From the NCBI GenBank assembly GCA_965228855.1, contig CBDDIJ010000005.1:672001-736000 (forward strand): DNA of 64,000 nucleotides, written 5' to 3'. This document shows positions 20,401-30,200 of the stretch, piece by piece (positions within the stretch are counted from its first letter, which is position 1; every line of letters begins with the position of its first letter). The notes beneath the pieces are model-generated. The model was not told where the DNA came from and searched no databases. It saw nothing but the letters and a program-made list of their open reading frames with translations. The stretch comes from Candidatus Obscuribacterales bacterium. Lineage in GTDB: Bacteria; Cyanobacteriota; Vampirovibrionia; Obscuribacterales; Obscuribacteraceae. The position numbers were made by a program, and so were the translations under genes.

Positions 20401-21791
20401 CGTCCAACCCCCCGATAAGTCATGCCGTGCGAGGAGATCTCCTCTTCTTGCAAAACGTTTCTGCCGTCGACGACCAACGGCCAGCGCATGACGCGTGATA
20501 CTTCACGCCAATTTGCGCGCTTGAACTCATCCCACTCTGTGACGAGCACCAGAGCATCACTATCGGTGGCAAGGTCGACCAGATCGGTAGCATAGGAGAT
20601 GTCGAGATCGGGATGCTGACGTTTGCATTCCTCCATCGCGACAGGATCATACGCCTTGACGTGCACGCCCATTTTTGTGAGCTGTCGTGCGATTGTTAAG
20701 CTTGGCGCATCCCGCAAATCATCGGTATTGGGCTTGAAAGACAAACCCATCAAACCAACGGTGCGACCTTTAATGATCTTGAGTTCGTCCTGAAGTTTTT
20801 GAATGACGATCATGCGCTGATGTTCATTCACTTTGATAGTAGCTTCCAGCAGATGGGTCGGATAGTGATACTCGCGCGCCACTTGCATCAACGCCAAAAT
20901 ATCCTTACCGAAACAACTGCCGCCCCATCCGACACCGGCGTTTAAAAACGGCGAGCCGATGCGCTGGTCAAGCCCAATCCCGCGAGTAACTTGCTTGATA
21001 TCAGCACCAACCTTTTCGCACAACCCGGAGATTTCATTGGCGAAACTGATCTTCATAGCGAGAAACGCGTTCGCCGAGTATTTGATCAGCTCAGCCGAGG
21101 CCAAGTCGGTGAGAACGAACGGCACATGATCGAAACCTTTCGGACGCGGTGAGCACCACTCGGGCGACTCAAAATCTTGAGTCAGAATAGGATTGTAGAG
21201 TTTGCGCATCGAGTCAATCGCGGACTCATCCGTGCTGCCCACAACGATGCGGTCCGGATAAAACGAGTCGTCGAGAGCACTTCCTTCACGCAAAAATTCA
21301 GGATTGCTGACCACCGAAAATGACGGTGCTTCAGGACGAGCGCTGCGAGCCGGAACCGGCTGCACCGATTGAACGCCCTGATTGACCAGCATCTCGACCC
21401 AGTTGCCTGAACCGACTGGAACTGTGGATTTATTGACGATTATGCGTTTGCGCTTGTTATCCAGAGCGCCCCCGATTCCTCGCGCGACGCTCATGACCTG
21501 CGACAGGTCAGAATCGCCGTTCGGCAAGGGTGGTGTACCCACGCATATGAAAATTACTTCGGAGCTTTTGACGCCTTCTTCGAGATTAGCAGTGAATCTG
21601 AGGGTTCCTTTAGCGAGGCAGTTTTTAACAAACTCTTCCATGCCAGGTTCGAAAAACGGCATGACACCCTTGTTCAAGCTCTCAAGCTTCGTAGCGTTCG
21701 CTTCGACAGCAACGACCTGATTGCCAAAGTGGGCTAAGCAAGCACTGGTAACAAGCCCTACATAACCAGCTCCAACTACACAAATATCCAC
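20397..21791 (-). CDS. ugd: UDP-glucose 6-dehydrogenase
   Basis: [33 protein letters not shown] (catalytic Cys), [12 protein letters not shown]. Confidence 0.93.
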   Translation of the reverse strand: MDICVVGAGYVGLVTSACLAHFGNQVVAVEANATKLESLNKGVMPFFEPGMEEFVKNCLAKGTLRFTANLEEGVKSSEVIFICVGTPPLPNGDSDLSQVMSVARGIGGALDNKRKRIIVNKSTVPVGSGNWVEMLVNQGVQSVQPVPARSARPEAPSFSVVSNPEFLREGSALDDSFYPDRIVVGSTDESAIDSMRKLYNPILTQDFESPEWCSPRPKGFDHVPFVLTDLASAELIKYSANAFLAMKISFANEISGLCEKVGADIKQVTRGIGLDQRIGSPFLNAGVGWGGSCFGKDILALMQVAREYHYPTHLLEATIKVNEHQRMIVIQKLQDELKIIKGRTVGLMGLSFKPNTDDLRDAPSLTIARQLTKMGVHVKAYDPVAMEECKRQHPDLDISYATDLVDLATDSDALVLVTEWDEFKRANWREVSRVMRWPLVVDGRNVLQEEEISSHGMTYRGVGR

Positions 21792-22137
21792 GCGTCAAAA
21801 CTCCGGGTTTCTTGCTAGCCTGATATAGTCGAGATTACCAGACGAAGCCGGTTTCCCTCAAATATAAGTACAAGCCTGTCTCAATGTATAGAAACAAGTA
21901 TATGTTAGCCCTTATCCATAGCAGAGGACTATCCTTGACAGGGCTTTATTGCGGCTTTCGCGCGGTTGTGAAGCGACGTTTTTTGTTAATTATCCAGGAG
22001 CCGTCCTACCTGTCAGCCGCCTGAGTTCTGGCGTCAGGCGATTTCTGCGTATGAATGAGACGCATTGATGCCAAGCAGGCAGCAACTGGAGGTGCGGTAC
22101 ACTAGGCTTTCGCGTACTTCGTTTCGAGAAAATCATC

Positions 22138-22953
22138 GTGCCGGAATCTCAACTTGAGCAATTCGTTAAAACCATCGCGCGCCTGCGTGCCCCGGATGGA
22201 TGTCCCTGGGACAGAGAGCAGACCCACGACAGTTTAGCTCGCTACCTGCTGGAAGAAACTTACGAAGTCCTCGAAGCCATCCATTCAGGCGACAGCAAAG
22301 AGATGTGCGAAGAACTCGGCGATCTGTTGCTGCAAATCGTGCTCAATGCACAAGTTGCCAAGGACGCCGGCACCTTTGACATCGAGGATGTCGCGCGCGG
22401 TATCAACGAAAAAATGATTGAACGGCATCCGCACGTTTTTGGCGACAAAACAGTTGATTCTGCAGGTGCGGTGAAAACCCAGTGGGAAGAAATCAAGGAC
22501 GCAGAGCGTAAAAAGAAAAACCCGGACCAGTCATCAATGGACGGCATCTCAAAGGTCTTACCGGCACTTCTGCAGGCGCTAAAGGTTTCAGAGAAGGCTG
22601 TAAGTCAAGGTTTTGAATGGAAAACCGAAGGCGACGTCTGGAAACAACTCGAAAGCGAGCTAAAGGAATTGCAGGAAGCTATCTCCAACCCGGAGATGGA
22701 TCATCCGGAAAAACATGTACAGGCAAAACGAGAAGTAGAGCTAGAGTTCGGCGATGTGCTCTTCTGCATGGTAAACGTCGCACGTTGGCATGCGGTCGAC
22801 CCGGAAGGGTCTTTATTGCTGGCAATCGAAAAGTTCAAGGATCGCTTCCGCACAGTAGAAAAATTAAGCACTGTTCCGCTAAAAGATCTGACGACAGACG
22901 AGCTTGAAGAACTTTGGCTTGAAGCAAAAAAGGAAGTGTCCGGAAAGAAGTAG
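22138..22953 (+). CDS. mazG: Nucleoside triphosphate pyrophosphohydrolase MazG (tandem domain)
   Basis: LRAPDGCPWDREQT, LLEETYEV, EELGDLLLQ, RHPHVFGD, second domain ELEFGDVLF. Confidence 0.93.
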   Translation: MPESQLEQFVKTIARLRAPDGCPWDREQTHDSLARYLLEETYEVLEAIHSGDSKEMCEELGDLLLQIVLNAQVAKDAGTFDIEDVARGINEKMIERHPHVFGDKTVDSAGAVKTQWEEIKDAERKKKNPDQSSMDGISKVLPALLQALKVSEKAVSQGFEWKTEGDVWKQLESELKELQEAISNPEMDHPEKHVQAKREVELEFGDVLFCMVNVARWHAVDPEGSLLLAIEKFKDRFRTVEKLSTVPLKDLTTDELEELWLEAKKEVSGKK

Positions 22954-23000
22954 CTCTTCTACCTGGTATCACAAGTGGTGACCAAAGGAGTGAAAGATAA

Positions 23001-23381
23001 TTGGATCAATCAGTTTCGAAACCGAATAGAAAGGACGAGAATACGACAGTCGAGCAGTTGCGTGAGGCGATGCAAGACTTCGTCATCGAGCGGGATTGGC
23101 AGCGGTTTCACACACCGAAAAATCTGGCTGGAAGTGTTTCGATTGAAGCGGCCGAATTAGTCGAACTGTTCCAATGGATGACTACCGAAGAGGCGAGCGA
23201 ACGAGCGAAATCAGACGAAACGCTCCGTGGCGAGATCGCAGATGAGATGGCAGATGTCTTCCTCTACCTGCTCTCAATGGCCAACGCTCTGAATATCGAT
23301 CTGGCAAAATCTACCTTCGCCAAGATCGAGAAAAACAATATCAAGTACCCGGTTGAAACAGCGCATCAGTTTAAATCGTGA
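23001..23381 (+). CDS. MazG-like single-domain nucleotide pyrophosphohydrolase (dCTP pyrophosphatase-like)
   Basis: ERDWQRFHTPKNLA..EAAELVELFQW..DEMADVFLYL..KYP; TTG start with AAGGAG SD. Confidence 0.88.
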   Translation: MDQSVSKPNRKDENTTVEQLREAMQDFVIERDWQRFHTPKNLAGSVSIEAAELVELFQWMTTEEASERAKSDETLRGEIADEMADVFLYLLSMANALNIDLAKSTFAKIEKNNIKYPVETAHQFKS

Positions 23382-23456
23382 TGTTGAGCCTTATTTATGC
23401 TCAAACGCGAGAACAGAGGCGGATACGCGAAGAGGTTTTAACGCTTCAAGGACGAA

Positions 23457-24371
23457 TTACAATGTATTCGTGGTGCTAGTGGTGGCAGTTGAAGGGATAA
23501 CGGGCTGTTGATTGATCAGCACCTTGGTCTTTGCCAGGGCTGCGGCTTTCGCCTCAGCGGCCGCCTTACCTTCCAGCTTCTTAGAGACCTTCAACGGAAT
23601 GTTGTTGTCGAGCGAAAGGTCAACATACTCGAGCCTATCCTGGTACTGAGCAAGTGTCGGCAGAATCGAAGTAAGCCGTCCAAGACGCTGTGTCAAAGCG
23701 GCATCCGGAATACCAATCTTGAGGGTCAAGGTCGGAGTGTGAGCGATCACGTCGAACGGTTTTCGCATGTCGACAGATTCGACCGGTTGTTTGGTCTGGC
23801 TCTCGATGAATGTCACCCAGGTTGCCCACTGTTTCACATCAGCCGGCGTCATCTTCAAATTGTTGCCCGCGTATATCTTGAGCGCCGGAGACATCACATT
23901 TGGAAACTTTTTGAGAGGGATGACGCGCCCGGTTTCCGAAATCACGGCATGTGTAGGTTGCTCAGGATCGGTTCCGAGTGACGCCCAAGGTTGTTCCTCA
24001 AGCACTTCTACAACGACGTGCGGACGCGGAAATGCGTAGCGTCTGACGAAAGCATTGTTGATAGTTTCAAGCGCTTCGACTTTCTTCTCTTGCTTCTTCG
24101 GGTCAACTACATATACGGGAGCATAAAGCGCGTCGACCAGCGCCTCGCGAATTTGCTGCTTGGATGTGAAGTGATTTCCTTTAACGATGATTTCACTGGA
24201 ACCGTCGCTCACGGACCATGGCAGGTACGCGAAGCCCGTATAACCAAGCGCAAGCACTGTCATCACCAGAAGTAAGCGAAGGATTTGCCGACGCAGGCGG
24301 GCACCGCGGGCGGTTTTACGCTTATTGCGGCGACTCTTGATCCAATCTTTTCTCTGATCTACTGGAAGCAT
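23457..24371 (-). CDS. ftsQ: Cell division protein FtsQ/DivIB family
   Basis: Basic N-terminus, single TM helix, POTRA-like segment (IIVKGNHFTSKQQI...VRRYAFPRPHVVVEVLEEQPWA), C-terminal YVDLSLDNNIPLK. Confidence 0.75.
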   Translation of the reverse strand: MLPVDQRKDWIKSRRNKRKTARGARLRRQILRLLLVMTVLALGYTGFAYLPWSVSDGSSEIIVKGNHFTSKQQIREALVDALYAPVYVVDPKKQEKKVEALETINNAFVRRYAFPRPHVVVEVLEEQPWASLGTDPEQPTHAVISETGRVIPLKKFPNVMSPALKIYAGNNLKMTPADVKQWATWVTFIESQTKQPVESVDMRKPFDVIAHTPTLTLKIGIPDAALTQRLGRLTSILPTLAQYQDRLEYVDLSLDNNIPLKVSKKLEGKAAAEAKAAALAKTKVLINQQPVIPSTATTSTTNTL

Positions 24372-25582
24372 TATTTGCAGTTCGCCTCCGCCTTGCTATC
24401 AGAGCATAACTCAAGTCCGGCCAAATGCTCCAGCTTGAATACTCCCGAAAAAATCTCAGACGCTGGACCGGTAATACGCACTCGATCGTCCGGCTCTGTG
24501 AACGAAATCTCGAGCGTGCCACCAGGCAGCTGTACCTTGGTCGTGCGCTCGAGGAGATCGGCAAGGACGCCGGCGACTACGACTGCAGCAGCACCGCTCG
24601 CGCAAGCGAGGGTAAAACCGCAACCGCGCTCGTAAACGTAACATCGAACCAGGTCGCGTGATACCACTTGCACGAACTCGACATTAACACCTTGCGGGAA
24701 TGCTGGGTTGTTCTGAACGAACTGGGCGATCGCAACGAGTTCCTGCCGGGAAACACCATCTAATTGATCGGGCTCTCTCAGTCTCTCGTCCGACATGCCG
24801 GGTGACTGCACAGCTCCATCCCAGCCATTCCAGACGGAGTCGTCAAAAATTACTCCATGCGGATTTCCCATCCCGACCGCAATGATAGGAATATTCCCAC
24901 CGGCGATCGCCAGATCCAGTTTTATCAAGCCGGAAGCGGAGGCAGTCGGTTGCCTGACCGGTATCCTATCGGCGTCCAAAATCGGCTGACCCACGTCGAC
25001 GCAAATGCGCTTGTCACTTGAGATTTGGACGGAAACTGCGCCTTTGGCAGTAGCGATTTTGAATTCCTTGTCCTCGACGCCGCCTCTTAAGCGAGCCCAG
25101 AGAGCCAGACAGCGCAACCCATTTCCACACATAACGGCGTTGCTGCCGTCGGAGTTGGTATAGACCCAGCTCAGTTCGCAAGAGTCGACTTGCGGATAGT
25201 CGCCGGTCAATGCTGCGACGGCCTTGCGGTACTCCATTGCAAGGAAGGCAGCACCGCTAGCTTCCGTTGCAGCGCTCGAATTGTGTCGAGCCGGAAATTC
25301 ACCGATTGATTTTTTACCGCGGTTTTTAAACTGCGACTCGAAAGGTTCGGTTTCCGTCGCACCGTAAAGAGGCATGGCAAGTATGATTCCATCGGCACCA
25401 ACACCATGGTGCCTGTCGCAGAGTCGTGGAGCCAGCTCTTGTACGACGGTCTTCCAGTCAGCCAGAAGCGGAGCCAGAGCAGGGTCGAAGACCAGCTCTC
25501 TTGCGTCGATGAGGACGAAGTCATTCCCCAGACCGTGATATTTGGTGAAGGGGAGAAGAGCGCGCAAATGAAACTGCCTCAA
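24371..25582 (-). CDS. dapF: Diaminopimelate epimerase (with insertions)
   Basis: FTKYHGLGNDF, GVGADG, NSDGSNAVMCGNGLRC, GNPH, GVNVEF, YERGCGFTLACASGAAA; stop overlaps the ftsQ ATG (TAATG). Confidence 0.93.
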   Translation of the reverse strand: MRQFHLRALLPFTKYHGLGNDFVLIDARELVFDPALAPLLADWKTVVQELAPRLCDRHHGVGADGIILAMPLYGATETEPFESQFKNRGKKSIGEFPARHNSSAATEASGAAFLAMEYRKAVAALTGDYPQVDSCELSWVYTNSDGSNAVMCGNGLRCLALWARLRGGVEDKEFKIATAKGAVSVQISSDKRICVDVGQPILDADRIPVRQPTASASGLIKLDLAIAGGNIPIIAVGMGNPHGVIFDDSVWNGWDGAVQSPGMSDERLREPDQLDGVSRQELVAIAQFVQNNPAFPQGVNVEFVQVVSRDLVRCYVYERGCGFTLACASGAAAVVVAGVLADLLERTTKVQLPGGTLEISFTEPDDRVRITGPASEIFSGVFKLEHLAGLELCSDSKAEANCK

Positions 25583-25929
25583 AAGGAAACCAAAGAACCT
25601 TGAGATTATAACGTCTTGAGCTTGACATGGTCGGAGAATTGAAAGTCTCTAAGGCGACGGTGCTCCCTTGGACATGCTTTCAATACATCAAAACCCTACC
25701 GAGGAGTGGACTTTTCTCTTGTAAACCGAAGGTTACTGCAAGGGCAATTGCGGCTGTTTTGAAAAAGTCGCATTAAATTTGTTAAATATTCCTCTTGACT
25801 TGTAGGGACGCGCATAAAACCCGGGTATCTATCAATTGCCAGGATATATTCCGGCATTCATACATTCTCCTCCGCAGCGAATAGCTTTCGCTCGGATCAG
25901 GCATATCACGCATTCATCAGGCTGGATAT

Positions 25930-26412
25930 ATGTTCAACTCGAATTCTTCCTATAACACATCGCAACTCGTCAGACAGCAAGTCATTGCACTCAATCAGAG
26001 CTACCCGTGCCCCCGCTGCAACTGCGGAGTACTGGAGACGTATGGATTGACCGAAACACTGAAATGCAATGGCTGTTCGCGCTCCTTCGTTCCTCTGCGC
26101 AACGGTCGCTGCCTGTACCCGTCAAACCGAATGGGTTTCAAAATCGCCCCAACCTTCTGGTGGGATGGTCTTCACTGGCACTGGGCGGGCACAACCGCTA
26201 CGGCAAGCCAGCTAGCTGCGATTGTCTGCATGTTCATGATTCCTCTTATGGCATTGAACGGAGCTTTCCACTACGGGCACATCTGGGCCGAACGACCGGA
26301 ATGGCTCAGCCCAGCACTCCTGTCGGCTGTTGTAGGTCTCGTGACAATACAGGCCATCTACTTCATGTGCTGGGACTTCGACTTCGTATCAAGACGCAGA
26401 GCGGCAAGATAG
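25930..26412 (+). CDS. Hypothetical membrane protein with N-terminal Zn-ribbon (CPRC...CNGC) and two TM helices
   Basis: YPCPRCNCG, LKCNGCSRSF, FWWDGLHWHW, two hydrophobic helices; resembles a conserved cyanobacterial hypothetical (recalled, not searched). Confidence 0.7.
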   Translation: MFNSNSSYNTSQLVRQQVIALNQSYPCPRCNCGVLETYGLTETLKCNGCSRSFVPLRNGRCLYPSNRMGFKIAPTFWWDGLHWHWAGTTATASQLAAIVCMFMIPLMALNGAFHYGHIWAERPEWLSPALLSAVVGLVTIQAIYFMCWDFDFVSRRRAAR

Positions 26413-26441
26413 CAGAACAGAAAATACTGAGTACTAACGTT

Positions 26442-26473
26442 AAGGGGAGTTGCAGCACGCAGCTCCCCTTTCG
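26442..26473 (+). terminator. Stem-loop, probable terminator
   Basis: AAGGGGAGTTGC-AGCAC-GCAGCTCCCCTT-TC, about 30 nt after the upstream stop. Confidence 0.6.
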
Positions 26474-26594
26474 GCATGTACGGATGCAAACAAGATATGC
26501 TTTCAACATACCGCCATAGCTGCACTCGACGGGGCGGCGGCGAAACTCGCGACAACTACAGCCTGACTCGTTAGCGCGGACGCCATAGGACAGA

Positions 26595-27566
26595 ATGAAA
26601 GACAGTAACAAACAGGAACTACCGCCGCCGCATATACCTGTCATGCTCAAAGAAAGCATGGACTTGCTCAATCTGACGGAAGGCAAAACATATGTTGATG
26701 CCACGGCCGGTGCGGGTGGACATCTATTAAGCATCGCCCGCGGTGCAGGTCCGAGCAGCACTGTATATGGTATCGATCGCGACGTCGACGCCATCGGCAG
26801 ATTACAAGGGCTAATGCCGGATAACGTAAAACTCATTCATTCGAACTATAGCCGAATGAAAGAAGAACTTGCCGCTTTGAATATACACACCATAGACGGT
26901 GGCATACTGGCAGACCTCGGTGTGTCTTCTATGCAGCTCGACGAACCCCACAGGGGCTTTAGTTTCATGAACGACGGACCACTCGATATGAGAATGGATC
27001 AATCGCGCGGCATGACTGCTGAAGAATTGCTCAATTCTTTGAGCGAGAATGAACTTGCTGACATCATCTTTCGATACGGCGAGGAGCGCTTCGGAAGGCA
27101 AATCGCGCGTGCGATTGTGCGGCAGCGTCCAATAAAAACAACACGGCAATTATCTGATTTAGTCGCCAGTACATTGAGAAAATTTCAGAAACAGAAGGGG
27201 CGCGGAGAAAAAGGTGGTTTCTCCAAACACCCAGCTACGCGTACGTTTCAGGCAATTCGCATCGCTCTTAACGAAGAACTTCAAAGCCTGGAAAAATTTT
27301 TAGAAGACGCCGTATCACTGCTGGCACCCGGCGCTCGGCTGGTGGTGATAACTTTTCATTCGCTTGAAGATCGTCTGGTTAAGCAATTTCTCAGAAGTGA
27401 GTCCACAAGCTGCGTTTGCCCGCCCAGGCAGCCACTTTGCACGTGCAACAAAAAGTCGCAATTACTGATAATTACGCGTAAACCAGTTGTTGCTACCGGT
27501 GAAGAAGTACTTGCCAATGTGCGCTCCCGTAGTGCTAAACTACGGGCAGGAGAAAAGTTGGTTTAG
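26595..27566 (+). CDS. rsmH: 16S rRNA (cytosine1402-N4)-methyltransferase
   Basis: HIPVM, YVDATAGAGGH, DLGVSSMQLD, DGPLDMRMD, HPATRTFQAIRI, ITFHSLEDRLVK, RSRSAKLR. Confidence 0.96.
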   Translation: MKDSNKQELPPPHIPVMLKESMDLLNLTEGKTYVDATAGAGGHLLSIARGAGPSSTVYGIDRDVDAIGRLQGLMPDNVKLIHSNYSRMKEELAALNIHTIDGGILADLGVSSMQLDEPHRGFSFMNDGPLDMRMDQSRGMTAEELLNSLSENELADIIFRYGEERFGRQIARAIVRQRPIKTTRQLSDLVASTLRKFQKQKGRGEKGGFSKHPATRTFQAIRIALNEELQSLEKFLEDAVSLLAPGARLVVITFHSLEDRLVKQFLRSESTSCVCPPRQPLCTCNKKSQLLIITRKPVVATGEEVLANVRSRSAKLRAGEKLV

Positions 27567-27575
27567 GAAACATAT

Positions 27576-28151
27576 ATGACCGCTAGCCTTCAATCGCCGC
27601 CTCGGCGCAATTCACAGGTAGTCGCTTTTACTAACAATCGAGTTTCACGTGGTACCACCGGCGACTCCATGCCGACGGCACCGGCTTCGATGAATACTCG
27701 GGGTACATGGCCAGTCGCATTCACCGACAATACTGTCCCGGTCGAATCCATCCAACAACCGACACCGGTAGTAAAACCACATCTGGTGCCACTTGAAGCA
27801 CCAAGCACCAAGACCCGCAAACAGCCGTTGCTCGCGAAATTCAACCGCGGCATTCAAGCAGTTCTGGTGGCGATGTGCGGAATAGCTATCTGCACATATG
27901 GACTTGATGTAGTTGTCTCGCATGACGTCGGCAAGCTGCAAGAACAAGCACGCAGAACAAGCGAACAAAATTCCGAACTCTCAGCGCAATTGCTGAAGTC
28001 AATTTCATATGGCGAAATTCAGGAAAGCACAGTCGGTAGATTTGGACTGCGTGTGCCTGAGCAGGTAGTGATCGTAAAAGAACAACAAGCGCCTACAGCT
28101 ATCGCATATAAGATGCATAAGCATCATCTTCCTTTGATGTCAGGATACTAA
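27576..28151 (+). CDS. ftsL: Putative cell division protein FtsL
   Basis: Located between rsmH and ftsI; single TM helix followed by a coiled coil (LQEQARRTSEQNSELSAQL) and FGLRVPEQVVIV tail. Confidence 0.55.
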   Translation: MTASLQSPPRRNSQVVAFTNNRVSRGTTGDSMPTAPASMNTRGTWPVAFTDNTVPVESIQQPTPVVKPHLVPLEAPSTKTRKQPLLAKFNRGIQAVLVAMCGIAICTYGLDVVVSHDVGKLQEQARRTSEQNSELSAQLLKSISYGEIQESTVGRFGLRVPEQVVIVKEQQAPTAIAYKMHKHHLPLMSGY

Positions 28152-28207
28152 TGCCCAATCGGGCAAAAATTTAGTTTAATAACTACTGGTGATCTACTAC
28201 TAGAAAG

Positions 28208-30181
28208 ATGCCGACGCAAGAAGCGACGGGAACACTAGTGGACTATCGGGAGACTCTTTTGCCGGGCCCAGCGGTCGACATCAATTCCTACCGGAAGACT
28301 CCTCGGAAACAGAGAGGACGCCCACGCTCGCCGCAGTGGAGACTGCGTTTCTTCCAAGTGGCTCTATTGCTCGGCGTCTGCGCGATCGTCGCCAGGCTCT
28401 ATTATCTGCAAATTTATCAGGGCGACATGCTGACGAACAAAGCTTTTGTTCAACGGCAGAAAACAAACTTCCTGGTACATCGCGGCGCAATCACCGATAG
28501 GCATGGTTTGCCACTCGCGATTGATACCACCAGATACGATGTGTTCGTGCACACGAAGCTGCTTCCCGAAAAGGTCAGTAAGGAAGAAGCGATCCGTCAG
28601 CTTTCCGAGATAACCGGCAAGTCACAGGAGCGAATCAGCAAGCTGATTCTAGGCAAGCGTCCGATCGTGACCGTCGCCAAAGCGCTGGAGCGTGAAAACA
28701 TCGATAAGCTTCAGAAGCTCAACTGGACCGGTGTAGACATAGTGCCGCGCCCCTTCCGTCATTACCCGGAAGGTTCGATGGCCGCGCATATCCTGGGTTA
28801 CGTGAACAGCGACACAGCCGGACAGGGTGGTATCGAACAGTCACAACAAGAAAATTTGACGAGCACTGGAAAAATTCCAAAACCGCAACTCGACGGACGC
28901 GGCAAAACCATCCTGCTTCCTCATAAAGGACCGACCTGGGATATCACTCCGCCACTCGGTCGTCACTGCGAACTTACAATCGATAATTCCATACAGCACC
29001 TGGCAGAAAAGGAATTGTTCGCGATGGCCGCTCACTCGCAATGCGATCGAGCAACCGCAATCGTGATGGATCCCAATAATGGAGAGATCCTCGCCTGGGC
29101 AATGTATCCTTCGTACGATCCGAATGATTACTCGAAAGTTCCTTACGCCCAGTTGAAAAACTGGGCGATGGTAGACGTGTACCAGCCCGGTTCAACGTTC
29201 AAAATCCTCACTATCTCCGCCGGTCTTGATACAGGCGCAATCAACGAACACTGGAGCATGGGTGACTCAGGAGCGCTCACCATCGGTCGCCGCACGATTC
29301 ACAATAGCCACGGCGGCAACGGACACATCGATCTATTGCATCTGTTTATCCACTCATCGAATATCGGTGCGGCGAAAGTGGCACTACAGATGACACCAAA
29401 GCAATTCTACGATAAGTTGCATGATTTCGGTCTAGGACAGAAAACCGGTATGGACTTACCGGGTGAATCGCGCGGTCTGCTGGTCAAACATGAAAGATGG
29501 AAACAGATCGACCAGGCAACCACCGGCTTTGGACAGGGCATGATTGCCCTTACGCCTTTGCAGCTTGCAGCCGCAGTTGCAGCGGTCGCTAACAATGGAA
29601 CCTGGACGCAACCTCACCTTATAAGAAGAACATACGACCCTCGCACCGGTGTCACGGAGAAGTGGACGGAACCGGAGCGCAGGCAAGTTATCAAACCGGA
29701 AGTAGCTCGATTAGTTTCCAGGCTTCTTGCGGACAACATTACTCAAGGCTCGCAAATTGCAGGTAAATCGGTGCCCGGCTACAGGGTAGCGGGCAAAACA
29801 GGGACAGCGCAAAAAGTTAGAGAGGGCGGTCGAGGCTATATGTCCGGTCAGACAATCGCCTCCTTCATAGGCTACTTGCCTTATGAAGACCCGCAGTTGC
29901 TCTGCATCGTCGCGATCGACAACCCGAAAACGGACGGGCGTTGGGGTAACACGGTAGCCGGACCTGTCTTCAATGCGATTGCACGGGAAGCCGCTCGTTT
30001 GCTTGCAATTCCAGAATCATATAAAACGGAAGTAGTTAAAGGCCGATTCATTGGACCTGATGGAAAACCGGTTCAACTCAGCGAGGCACCATCCACCAAG
30101 TACGCCGCCGAGTTACAGAAAGTGAAAGCTCAGCTTCACGGCTCGAAAGAACCAGATTCTTCGCAAACGGTCCAACACTAA
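28208..30181 (+). CDS. ftsI: Class B penicillin-binding protein (FtsI/PBP3-like)
   Basis: RGAITDRHG, RHYPEG, YQPGSTFK (SxxK), HSSNIG (SxN), AGKTGTAQK (KTG). Confidence 0.9.
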   Translation: MPTQEATGTLVDYRETLLPGPAVDINSYRKTPRKQRGRPRSPQWRLRFFQVALLLGVCAIVARLYYLQIYQGDMLTNKAFVQRQKTNFLVHRGAITDRHGLPLAIDTTRYDVFVHTKLLPEKVSKEEAIRQLSEITGKSQERISKLILGKRPIVTVAKALERENIDKLQKLNWTGVDIVPRPFRHYPEGSMAAHILGYVNSDTAGQGGIEQSQQENLTSTGKIPKPQLDGRGKTILLPHKGPTWDITPPLGRHCELTIDNSIQHLAEKELFAMAAHSQCDRATAIVMDPNNGEILAWAMYPSYDPNDYSKVPYAQLKNWAMVDVYQPGSTFKILTISAGLDTGAINEHWSMGDSGALTIGRRTIHNSHGGNGHIDLLHLFIHSSNIGAAKVALQMTPKQFYDKLHDFGLGQKTGMDLPGESRGLLVKHERWKQIDQATTGFGQGMIALTPLQLAAAVAAVANNGTWTQPHLIRRTYDPRTGVTEKWTEPERRQVIKPEVARLVSRLLADNITQGSQIAGKSVPGYRVAGKTGTAQKVREGGRGYMSGQTIASFIGYLPYEDPQLLCIVAIDNPKTDGRWGNTVAGPVFNAIAREAARLLAIPESYKTEVVKGRFIGPDGKPVQLSEAPSTKYAAELQKVKAQLHGSKEPDSSQTVQH

Positions 30182-30200
30182 GTGAAAGCGACCCGGAAAA

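Noticed and set aside
5952..24910. HIP1 octamer GCGATCGC seen at 5952, 8514, 12696, 24726 and 24903
   Set aside because: A handful of copies found by eye is far below the density of HIP1-rich cyanobacteria; a composition-corrected count would be needed
27411..27447. CxCPPxxPxCxC motif in RsmH
   Set aside because: A common feature of many RsmH proteins
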